Shown here piece by piece: positions 21,480 through 31,804 of a stretch of 64,000 nt of DNA. Made by a program: the position numbers and the translations under genes. Origin of the DNA: Cyanidioschyzon merolae (taxonomy: Eukaryota); assembly GCA_000091205.1 (NCBI GenBank), contig AP006502.2; one strand, 5' to 3'. Numbering within the stretch: the stretch's first letter is position 1; every line of letters begins with the position of its first letter. Under the pieces are notes generated by a model that was not told the origin of the DNA, did not search any database, and saw only the letters and a list, made by a program, of their open reading frames with translations.

Positions 21480-22355
21480 CGATCCCCGCCAGATTAGAAT
21501 CCAGCGCTGAACTGCTCGTTCTGTCTTTCCAATATTTTCCGAACTCTTACGAGATGTCCAGTGCCAACATACCAAGCGCACCAATAAGCGCCTACGAATT
21601 CAAAAGTCCTGGGAGGACTCCCAGTCGTGTGTGTTCGGAGTGGCCCCTGCGACGCTTCGCCGCTGACATCCATTACTTCACCGGAATCAAGGTTATTCGC
21701 AACGCGCTCAGACAACGATTCCTAAAATAGCCCGTAGCATTGTCCAATGCATACATACAGGCATCCAGTCTTCTCCGTTCCGTTTGTGTCGCACGTTCAA
21801 TTCAGGCATTCGCCAGGTGTTCGGTCTCTCTTTTATTGATGCAACTCGTGGGCGCTGCCATTTGCGCTGACTGGATTGACGAAGAGAACAAGTCGACGTC
21901 GCCCGATGACGATTCCTTTCCGTGCTCGTCCCGAAACGCTGCTGAGCTCGTCACTTGCAATCATCGAATCGGTTCAAAGGCGAACCTTCTATGTTTGTTG
22001 CAATCGACGAGACGGAGCTCAACAGCAGCGCGATACCTCGCACGGGATATGCTCCCAGGGGCGCACATCTCTTCTGCTAGCACGCCAGCGAGTCCTGGAC
22101 TTTGTCGAACGTCGTCGCAGCGATCTGTCCGAGCGCAGAGCGCATCAGCGCTTTGTACGAAGTGCGGCTGGGGGATCGGAGTTTCGCAACTCCTGCACCA
22201 GCCTGGATTTCGTATACGGAACGTGTTTCATAATCGAAATATCGCGTTCCACGGATCCTCGATCGAACGGGACAGTATGCGCGTGCGTATGCAGCTGACG
22301 GAGTATTCGCTCAGAAGAGTCGCGCAGATGAAGCCCGTGAGCACAGGGTACGGCA
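21480..22355 (+). repeat. B-family interspersed repeat, copy 2 (B only, no A part)
   Basis: Near-identical to 17360-18215. It starts at 'agattagaatccagcgctgaactgctcg'. The left flank is unique sequence, namely the 5' end of the 19387..21387 gene region. Confidence 0.85.
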
Positions 22356-24056
22356 GAAAGCGCAATAACTGAAGATGGCATTGAAGGGATCCTTTTATAT
22401 CTGTGAATGGCATCTACAGAGCGACAAAGAAATCGTGCCCGGGCCACAGGGCAGCGCTTCGAACAAAAGATCTGGTGGACACAGGACATCAGGTGACCAC
22501 AAGGAAGCGTCACAGCTGTAGAGAGCTTACCGAGGCTCCATGCACACAAGACGAACATGACGCAAGAAGCGCAGACCGCAACTTTTGCTCGCGCATCATA
22601 TTTGTCGACAACAGCCAAAAGAGGCAAAGTCCAGACTTTACCGCTGCCGCGTGTATCCTTCGCCCGCTCTCAACGGAACCCAGGATTCAGTAGTGGTCGT
22701 CGTATTCAGCGTTGGAGATGAGCCGGAAAAAGAAATCATTCGCGGCAAATGCCCGCAAAAGCTGGTGTAGATAACAGTGGCAAGAAAAGCAAACATTAAT
22801 GTGTTGGACAAAGTTCGGTAAGCGGACACTTACCATTGTATGCTGCCTACTAGGGTAGATCGAGTTTCCAGATGCAGCTGCGGCGGATTGCGTGGCAAGC
22901 AGCAAAAGCGTTCACAAGGCACTGGACCGGTGCGTTCCGCAGGATTCTCGCTCGCGTATGTAGAGAGGCTCTCGAGCGTTTGCAACGAGCAGAGCGCACA
23001 GGCGGCAGCAAGCTGGGCTGCATCCTCTTTTTTACATTTAGCGCAGGCATTTGAGCGATTTTTTCACTTGAGAAAAAACATTTTTTGCAAATTTTGCCGC
23101 GTGTGAACACGGGCCAGTTGCCTTGTGCTTCGCTTCACGCCGAGGATATGAAGTGAGCGTGAGCTTTCCGGCCGGATGTCAGTCTTACGACAACAAGAAA
23201 AAATGAATTCTTTGATTTTTGAAAACCGATTCTGCAAATGGTTTTCGTCTACTGTTGAGAAGGACTGGAAGCGAACATTCTTAGAAGACTGAATCGCCTA
23301 GGTATACTTTTGGTGCGAATGCTTCGCATTGCTGCCAGTGCTTACAAATATTCAGCATTTACTGGGTATGCTCGAGAGCGCAGCGACTCTGAATGAGTAA
23401 CATGTCTATCGATGATGGTTGAGATTTGCTCCCTATTTGTCCGCAGCCTCTTCATTGATATCGCGATGCAATTTTACATACTGGATCTCGACTAGGTTTT
23501 ATTTGAGAGCGATTCCCTGAAGCCGTAGAGCAGGGCGCCGAAATGAGGTACAGAGCTGCATTCCAAGCCTGTTCATCCAGCACAAAGTGCAATGTGGCGT
23601 TCGCATGCTCTGAAGTGCGGATGTCCCTCCGCTGATGCGCCTTCACTGACCATAGAAAAGCCCCAATCCAGCAGAGTAATACAATAAGATGCCCAAGTGC
23701 AGCGTGTTCAGGAGAACAATGACCGATTCGGCTCGATGACAAGTGACGAAAATACAGCGTCAGGGCGATGGAGACGTGGCGTCGACGTTGCGCGTCTCGA
23801 ATCCACGAAGACAAACCAATACTGCAGGGCTCAAAATGACTTGCCCGAGCACAGTCTTATTTCTCAACCCATATCAAGCTATTCCCAAGCGACTTTGTAT
23901 TTATGAAATCGACCATCACCTGGAGTCCGGACCCTCAACTCCAGCAAGTGCGTCCTTTGATGTTCCGAAAGGCGACGGCTGCTAGTCTCTACTCTTGGGA
24001 AGGCAACTAGGATAGCTCTAACATAAACTTCATGCAATTATAAATACTAGTACCTA

Positions 24057-26135
24057 ATGGACAGCCACCAAAATATGTTCGTCCATAAATTCGTGCTTGC
24101 GCGCACATTTTTAACAGTAGGAGATAATACGGTGTGCACCGTCAAAGGACTCCGCTCTACCTCTCTCAAGTCCCGTTTTGTGCCGATAGTCTCCCACGAT
24201 TTTCGTGTTCGGAAAATGTTCGCAGCCTCGGCGCTGCCTCTATGGAGTTCCAGGTCTTGCAATGTTGCTGTTGCATCCGCGAGGGCGAACGTGGTGCGGC
24301 AACACAGTCATATCGAAGGCGCAGGCCGACCTCGGCGGCATCGCTTTAAGATGTGCTTTGCAGCAACCAGAGAGCACGATGACGACAGAAATTTTCGAGT
24401 GGGTGAGGATTTTTTGGCTAAAGCTCGCGCTTCTGCTGAGGATTTACGTGCACGTCTCTGCACAGTCGCGGACGGAAAGTTGCGAGTTATCTCTCTGATC
24501 ACTTATACGGACACGCAGTTAAGGCCTCTGGCACCTGAGAAAAGAACAAGCTCTACTCGAGTTAACGGCTGTACTTCGGTAACGTTTGTCGAGCCACACT
24601 TTGGAACGACTTGCGGGGGCGAAACCTGCGTCAGGTACCTCGAGGGTTATTCTGACTCGCGCCTCGCAAGCGGAGCAATTGTTTTGTTGTCCTTGGCACT
24701 CTGTGGAAAAACGCTTCCAGAGATTGAGCGCTTTCGGGCGGATACGCTTCTCGAGTCTTTTTGTTTGCGCGAGATCGTGATGTCGCCCCGAATGGGAGGC
24801 GTAAAAGCCATTCTGCGGCACGTTCAAGAACGAATGCAAGTCGTATGCAGCGGGCGCCATCTCGCGCCGCAAGAACCTGCAACGCTCACCCAGAAGTCTT
24901 ACAGCGCAAACCTTGATGTTGTAGGACCTGTTCTAGGGGACGAATCGCCTGCAGAGGTTGCGGTCCTGCTCTCTGGTGGGGTCGACTCCGCTGTCGCGAT
25001 GGCTTCTTTGTTGGAGCGAGGATTCCGAGTGCAGCCCTTTTATCTCAAGATATGGCTGGAGGACGAACTAGCCAATTTGGGCCGTTGCCCCTGGGAGGAC
25101 GATATCCGGGACGCCGAGAAGGTCTGCGCAGCACTGGCCCGAAAGTACAACCAAAGGGTGCAACTCGAGACACTATCTCTCCAAGAGGAATACTGGAGTC
25201 GTGTCGTCCAGTATACAATAGACGAGGCGCGCCGAGGGCGAACGCCGAACCCTGACATCATGTGCAACAGCCGAATCAAATTTGGGGCCTTCCTGGATTC
25301 TTTGGGTCAGAGATACGCTCTAGTAGCTAGTGGGCACTATGCCCGGGTAGTAACTATGCGGCATACTGAGAGGGGAGGCGAGACGCATGCTGTGGCGCAG
25401 CTCTTCTGCTCCCCTGACATCGTCAAAGATCAGACGTACTTTCTCTCGCAGCTGTCCCAGCAGCAATTGTTGAAAGCTACATTTCCCATAGGTGACTTGA
25501 CAAAGAGCGCGGTCCGTCGACTCGCTCGGGAACGCTATAATCTGCCTAATTGTGACCGACCAGACTCTCAGGGTATTTGTTTTCTAGGAAAATTGAAATT
25601 CGAACAATTTCTCGAGCATTACCTTGGCACCTGGGCGGGGCCCATCATGGAGGCAGAGTCGGGTCGATTTTTGGGCACGCATCGAGGATTTTGGTTCTAC
25701 ACCATAGGACAGCGGAAAGGGCTGGCACTGCCTGGCGGCCCTTGGTACGTCGTCGGAAAAGATCTAGAGAACAACATCGTGTTGGTCAGTCGAGAACGTT
25801 CACAATGCAACGTGACTTGTCGCTCGTTTATTGTGGAAAATGTGAACTGGATCGGATGGGAACATAGCAACACTAACGAAGAACCCATGCGATGTCGCGT
25901 GAAGATCCGTCACGGTCCAAGAAGCGTGTCAGCAGAGGTCCACTGCCTAGAACCGAAAAATCAGTCTTGGATCATTGCTCTCGATGAACCGGAGTCTGGT
26001 ATTGCCCCGGGGCAGTTTGCAGTGTTTTATAGAGAAAACCAGTGCCTTGGGGGCGGCGTCATCGCTTCGGTACCCGCGCTACAAGTGTCCCGAACAATCC
26101 AGAGACGCAGCATGACCGAGGAGTGCACCATCTAG
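24057..26135 (+). CDS. mnmA: SufE-like sulfur-acceptor domain fused to tRNA-specific 2-thiouridylase MnmA (s2U34 synthase), with N-terminal targeting-like extension
   Basis: The SufE domain is 'RVNGCTSVTFVEPHF...YLEGYSDSRLASGAIVLLSLALCGKTLPEI...MSPRMGGVKAIL' (compare E. coli SufE 'GCQSQVW...GDSDA.IVKGL...LTPSRSQGLEAMI'). The MnmA part has the PP-loop 'VLLSGGVDSAV', 'RTPNPDIMCNSRIKFGAF', 'DQTYFL', 'GICFLG' and 'GQFAVFYRENQCLGGGVI'. A possible internal start at 24216 gives 'MFAASALPLWSS...'. Confidence 0.85.
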   Translation: MDSHQNMFVHKFVLARTFLTVGDNTVCTVKGLRSTSLKSRFVPIVSHDFRVRKMFAASALPLWSSRSCNVAVASARANVVRQHSHIEGAGRPRRHRFKMCFAATREHDDDRNFRVGEDFLAKARASAEDLRARLCTVADGKLRVISLITYTDTQLRPLAPEKRTSSTRVNGCTSVTFVEPHFGTTCGGETCVRYLEGYSDSRLASGAIVLLSLALCGKTLPEIERFRADTLLESFCLREIVMSPRMGGVKAILRHVQERMQVVCSGRHLAPQEPATLTQKSYSANLDVVGPVLGDESPAEVAVLLSGGVDSAVAMASLLERGFRVQPFYLKIWLEDELANLGRCPWEDDIRDAEKVCAALARKYNQRVQLETLSLQEEYWSRVVQYTIDEARRGRTPNPDIMCNSRIKFGAFLDSLGQRYALVASGHYARVVTMRHTERGGETHAVAQLFCSPDIVKDQTYFLSQLSQQQLLKATFPIGDLTKSAVRRLARERYNLPNCDRPDSQGICFLGKLKFEQFLEHYLGTWAGPIMEAESGRFLGTHRGFWFYTIGQRKGLALPGGPWYVVGKDLENNIVLVSRERSQCNVTCRSFIVENVNWIGWEHSNTNEEPMRCRVKIRHGPRSVSAEVHCLEPKNQSWIIALDEPESGIAPGQFAVFYRENQCLGGGVIASVPALQVSRTIQRRSMTEECTI

Positions 26136-28196
26136 GGATACTATGTGACCGCCTAGGGAGCCACAGCTGCGCGCGGGACGTTCTGCCGCAGCCTGGCGGT
26201 AAGCATATTACCCAGAGCCGTGGATTCTGGAGCACTTATAGCGACCCGCCTCTTCGCTTGTTTTGCTTGCTGGCATCCAGCAAGAAGAATGTCTCCTGCA
26301 GGCTAGAGAAAGGTTGTCGAAACACGTCATACAGGCACTGCTTGCTTACGAGAATCTGTGTAATTTTACGCGTCCGTCCTCGTACCGTCAGTGGTTAGGT
26401 GAAGCAGCCTTCACGTAGTCCTTACTCTGAATATCGCGCACCCCAATCAGAAGTTATAAACCTCTATCCAAACGACTGTCGTATTGTAAGTCTAATTCAA
26501 TCCAGACAACCTATAGTAAAATCTGTCAAAGAAGCTGAATGATTTGAAGTTGCCTTATCGTTCATACGAAGGGTGATTAAGAGCCACGGATGGACGAAGA
26601 AACAGAGCACGTTTCTGTGGGAGGCAGTCGCACTTTGAGCCCCACAAAACCGAGTTTGTCTCTTGTGATGAGACTCCTTTCGGACGAAATGTTTTACGTA
26701 TAAATGGGAACCCGAGGTGGGGCAATCCGCTGTCCGTCAAAAAGAGACGAGCCAGCACACCGACATCGTGAGCCCTAGCGGGATTCAGTCTTATCGAAGA
26801 CTACAAATAGCCATGCGGCCGGGAACATTCCGAACATTACCCGTCGTCGAAGCGTTCCTCGTGGCTTCGCCTTCCCACACTCTTCTGTCCGGCTCTCGGA
26901 AATTCATCACTTTCCATAACTCAAAAGCTCTCAATGAATTCGAGGCTTACAATGGTACTCCGCTGTTTTTCCCGCCAGCATATGCTTCTTGGCCAAATAC
27001 TGTCGAAGATGTTTTTCCATTTGTCAAAAAATTCAGATTCACGATGATCGATCAACAGATGAGTTTTTCGTATCTGTGGCGTCGGCCATCGACAAGTTGT
27101 TCCCTACTACCGTCAACTGCTCCGCTCTGCTAGTTTGCTTCTCTGTTCGTGCGTAAGAACAAGTATAAAAGCGGACTTCGATTAGTGGTCATGCTCTCGA
27201 TGGAGAAGGTGGAGAAAGGACTCTTAGGATGTAGTAGATATATGCACAGAAAATGCGAGCTCAAGTCACGCTACCGGCCCAGTCTTTATCGACCCCGATA
27301 TGAAAACGGTCCTGGAATATAGCACGGCGGCCCGTACAGCGGTTTCATTTGCTCAGTCGAAAGGAAATGCAGAAGCATGAACAGCTTGGGCAAGCGTTAC
27401 CAGTTGTTCAATGCCTCTCCTCGTTGGAAACGATACTCTGCTCGCTTGAGAGACGCATGGTGTCGAATTGTTCCCTCGCGAGCTTTCCTAGGCGTGGATT
27501 CTGTTGGTCTTAGTAGCACTGATTCCCGGCTTCTCGCAATCGCGAGGACTATCCCAACGGTAGTGACGCTGTTACCGCTACGTGCGAAGCACGGTACGTT
27601 TCATGGGTGCAATTTGTTAGAGAACCTGTCAGTGCCTACTTAACCTATCAATTCCACTGATGATTGCACATGAATCGATTCTCGATTCTCTAGACATCGC
27701 CGACGTCGCGAGTAGCAAGCCCTGACAAACCCCTGACTGCCTCCTATCCGCGATCGTGCAAGCGCCAAGTGTGTGTTTTTGCAGTTGAAAAGCATCGAAT
27801 CGATGGTCTGGCCACAAAAAGCAACTTTCTCTCGTATCATTCCCATTAAATATTTTGAACCTCACGGACTATAGCGACCGCCCTTTGCAAAGCAGGACAC
27901 CTTTTCGAGGCAAGATTTACGATACATTGATCAGCATCCGGATTCGAACATGTCGCACACGATGTCTCGGTGCTGAAGAAAGTGCATGTGGGCTTTCAAA
28001 AATTTGGATCCAGCGGTGACACATCCAAACGCACAGATGCACGGAAAGCGGGTTCAGAGCTAACGTTTCTTTCGATACACAGTGAAACTCGTGCAGCTCC
28101 AGCATATCAAGCATCCAAGACAAAGAGTTGCTTCGAATGGTGCAGATGACCTCAGACACATCCGGAGCGATTCGTGCATCAAGGTTCTATTCAGAA

Positions 28197-29966
28197 TCAG
28201 ACGGCAGCGTATTCTGAACGTATGGATGTTCTCCTTAAGCGGAAGACAATTGGCGCAGAGAGGACCAGAATGAATCCGATCGTACCAATGATCAGTACGC
28301 GAGCGAATTGACGAGAAAATGCACCCCCAGAGGCGCTCTGCTCTCGCACCGCTTTGTGTCCAGACTGAAACGCATTGTCCTCTTTGGCGACGTTTCCGAG
28401 CGCTCTCCGGAGGATATCTGGTGCACGTTCTGTCCGAATGCACGCTTCGGAGACGTTGTTCGGAACCGTATTGAGCACCCAGGAGAAAAACGATGACGCC
28501 GTACATGAAAAGTTTCCATCGCAAAACGGCCCAAACAATGGTCTAGGTTTCTGATCATAGTGTCCTGCATAAACGCTGACTCGAAAGTCATTCTCTTCGG
28601 GTCCCGTCCTGCGCAGTTCAAAGATCACGTGCGAGGCATAGGGTGCGATGCCGTCTTCGATTGCAGTCACTCCAAGCGCAGCGCGAATATCGAAAATCGT
28701 CGTGTCATGGCCAGAATAATAGACCAGCTTACGATAGCAGTTACCGATCTCGTCACCATCGTGACCTTTTCGATTGCACTCGTCTTTTGCCCTCGCAAGC
28801 ACCTGCACGTTCCCATTGTCCGCTTCAATAGCAGTGGCGAGACGTGTTGAGATGGATCGCAGCAGGCGCCCGCCAACAAGCGGTCCGAGTCCAGAGGCAT
28901 CCCATTTGGCTCCATTCAGCCGCGCAGTCAACACCTCTAGGTCTGCATCAAATCGTGAAACCGTTGCAGGGGCGGGAATAGAATGTGACTTCTGGCATAT
29001 TCGGATATCACGCAGTGTCGCCGCGAGCGCAAGCTTCTTCTTCTTCTTCATGCTCTGAAAGGCCTCGACGCTTACGTTCGCCAGTGATGGTAGCGCTGCA
29101 TACAGATCCGAGCGCCTTTGTAGCTCCCCGTAAACGAAGTCCGATTTCAGCATCTTCTTGGATACGATGTCCCAGAGTTGGCAGCGGCCCTTCCCGCTGC
29201 CGTCTAACAGCCTGTCGTCCCCGTATAAACGTGTATGGATTGGAACATACTGGAAGCCTCCAGGAATATGGTACTGCTTTTTGCTGTAGCGATGGCGCCT
29301 TTGGTGTGAAGGATTCGATGCTGCAGGATAGAGGCCGTGCATGACGGCTGCTGCGGACACCAGGGTGCGGTCTACGTCAGTAGCCCGTACATGCGTCTCC
29401 TCATGGTTGTAGCGAGCGCGCAAGAGTCGATCATTCGGATGGCCTTGCACGTAGCGTTCGTGTAGGAATCTTCCGAACCGATAACACTGGTACATGCCTA
29501 AGGCGGTGAGCTCTCCATAGTCGACATCCCACTTGGTCTTGTCGAACGGAAACGGCTTGTAAGGTCGCCGCCGCGTCCCCGTTGCATAGGCTGGTGCGTA
29601 GTTCTGCGGAGCTCGATCACAATGCCGCGCAACAATAACGACCGCCTTTACTTTTCCTTCACTGTGGAGTGACTCGTACGGTGACGCGTTTCTCGGAACG
29701 ACGTACGACGAAACATCGCCTAAAGGGACCCCTCCAAGCCAAGCCTCTTTTGACTCTACGGTAAGCCGGTGCTCGAGGCCCTGCTGAAACGCTCTAACAA
29801 CGTCCGCGGAGCCGAGGATGTGTATTGCAACCAGCAAAACTAGTACTGCAAAGAAAACAATCGAAAATAGCTCCCGTCCCCACATCAGAACCGAGTCGCG
29901 CAAAGAGTCTGTCCGGCAGCCGACCAGCGATCCAGTCGATAAACCACCTGGAAAGACAGCTACCAA
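28197..29966 (-). CDS. Histidine acid phosphatase (branch 2 histidine phosphatase), membrane-anchored
   Basis: Catalytic 'RHCDRAP' (RHGxRxP motif) and the downstream 'GHDTTI' (HD motif). There is an N-terminal signal/TM segment ('LFSIVFFAVLVLLVAIHILG') and a C-terminal TM segment ('VLIIGTIGFILVLSAPIVF'). Confidence 0.8.
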   Translation of the reverse strand: MVAVFPGGLSTGSLVGCRTDSLRDSVLMWGRELFSIVFFAVLVLLVAIHILGSADVVRAFQQGLEHRLTVESKEAWLGGVPLGDVSSYVVPRNASPYESLHSEGKVKAVVIVARHCDRAPQNYAPAYATGTRRRPYKPFPFDKTKWDVDYGELTALGMYQCYRFGRFLHERYVQGHPNDRLLRARYNHEETHVRATDVDRTLVSAAAVMHGLYPAASNPSHQRRHRYSKKQYHIPGGFQYVPIHTRLYGDDRLLDGSGKGRCQLWDIVSKKMLKSDFVYGELQRRSDLYAALPSLANVSVEAFQSMKKKKKLALAATLRDIRICQKSHSIPAPATVSRFDADLEVLTARLNGAKWDASGLGPLVGGRLLRSISTRLATAIEADNGNVQVLARAKDECNRKGHDGDEIGNCYRKLVYYSGHDTTIFDIRAALGVTAIEDGIAPYASHVIFELRRTGPEENDFRVSVYAGHYDQKPRPLFGPFCDGNFSCTASSFFSWVLNTVPNNVSEACIRTERAPDILRRALGNVAKEDNAFQSGHKAVREQSASGGAFSRQFARVLIIGTIGFILVLSAPIVFRLRRTSIRSEYAAV

Positions 29967-30879
29967 AGCACACGGCTACCTGGGTAGTCACCTGTCCAGT
30001 CGATCGACCAACTAGACAGATAGCTGCCGAAGCTGGCGGCTATCCAGACAAACAGCAACAACGTCAGTCGGCTAACGATGCAGACGGCTTTCGAGGCGGA
30101 CGGAAATCCGAGCGAAACAGAAGTGCAGCACTGAACTATGGGCACTGTTCGAGCCTTTCGAATTTTCCCCCTACTCTTGTTGACATGGTGAGTCGCGCGG
30201 TTCGAAGTATACCAATAGCGGTTTATGGATTTGTCTCAATTTTTAAGATTCTCGGTCATCTTTTCGGAATGGCTGCTTCTACGCCTTGATGGTGGATTTC
30301 GTACCGGCTCCGGAGTCAACGTGGTTCTCATCGCTATCGAACGAAGGATTCGAAAAATAACCGACACCGTCGTCCTATTCATACGAACAAGCGTCCAATC
30401 TTCTCTTTTCTTTACGTGTGGCATGCTCACATAGCACATTCTTAAAAATTTCGATCTTCCGTTCCAAGCCGACTTGTGGACGCAGCAATGCGTGCCGCTG
30501 CATTGATAAGTGAGAAATTTGAAGTCGCCGCTTGAGGACTCGCTCATAAGCTCATGCGGAAAGTTCACTGGACCTGGGGCGTCACATAATAGATCCACTC
30601 GAAACCCAGATCCTCTACTCTCCGTAGCCTACGACGAAACGGGATTCCACACCAGCATGACGCATCTGATAGAGCATGCTCCCAGAGGCTTCAGTCCTTC
30701 TGTCTGCATGGAAAATGGTCTTGAACTCGGATTTGAGTCACTGCAGGGATCGCTCTTAGTGGATATTGGGTTACACCTTGCCAGAAAGGAGCGAAAATGG
30801 ATCAGAATCTCTCGACTTTCTCTCCAAATTGAATTTTTTGTTCGATACTTTTTACATCATGAACAGCAGCGCGTGCCAC

Positions 30880-31180
30880 AACCTATCTAACGAATGGAAC
30901 AGCGTACGCTTGCATTTGCAGAGGACAGAGTACTCGCGAAAGGGATAGCGCTGAAGAAGTCTGTGATCGTTGGGCACGGCACCAGGCTCCGAAACGGAGG
31001 AGGGCATCGAGGGGAGCCCCTGCACCCTCCAAGGACATGTACTGAGCGATGAAGCAGGCGCTCATGCACCACAAGGCAGTGCTCGGAGCGGGGGGGGGGG
31101 GGGTGCAGTAGACTCCTGGGGATCCGCGGCCACAGTCGAGTGTCATCCCCGCGAGGAACGCCCCGAGGCATTATAAAACG
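30880..31180. repeat. B-family 3'-tail fragment (diverged)
   Basis: 'acgaatggaacagcgtacgcttgcatttgcagagg...atgtactgagcgatgaagcaggcgctcatgcacc' is about 75% identical to 55975-56160, to 40300-40500, and to the B core at about 18120. It contains the G14 tract. Confidence 0.5.
31090..31103. repeat. G14 homopolymer tract
   Basis: Direct observation: 'gagcggggggggggggggtgcag'. Confidence 0.9.
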
Positions 31181-31804
31181 CAGACGGGAATGGCAGACGA
31201 AGCAGAAATTGCTGCTTTTGTCTGAGCGCGGAATGCATCGAAAGTGGCCTGATGCAGCAAAACCATGGCTTTAGCGCTAATGTCGATATCTCTGGACTGC
31301 TGTCTTCGGAGCCCGGGAGACAGCAAAAACCGGCGTATTGAAAACGGGAGATAATATAGAGGAAAAGGAAGCAGTCGGAGAAAAATCCCGCAAATAAAAG
31401 TGTTGATGACATAGAGAGAAGATCCAATATTTTGATTGCAAGTTCGAGTTGGGAGACCTGCTTTATGGTATCCACACATGGATGGAACTGGATGTGTCCA
31501 CGGCCGCGAACGACGGCCGCGATACAACGCAGCTCTCGAATAACGCCTCTGATGACTATCTGTGAACCTGCTTGCGAGTAGGCACTGGAGAGGTAGCGCG
31601 TGCTCTAGTTTGAAAACACTTACCACTAAACTTGCAGCATATCTGTGTGTCTGGCTGCAGGCAGGTACTCGAAACGCTGGGCGAGTTTTAGATCGAGCAC
31701 GCACCCTCCTGGGTCCGTCACCTGTTCTTGACACACTTACGTGAAGCCAGAGAATACCCAAGATCGAGAACTGTAGAACGACAGAACGCTTTATTTTTAG
31801 GGAC

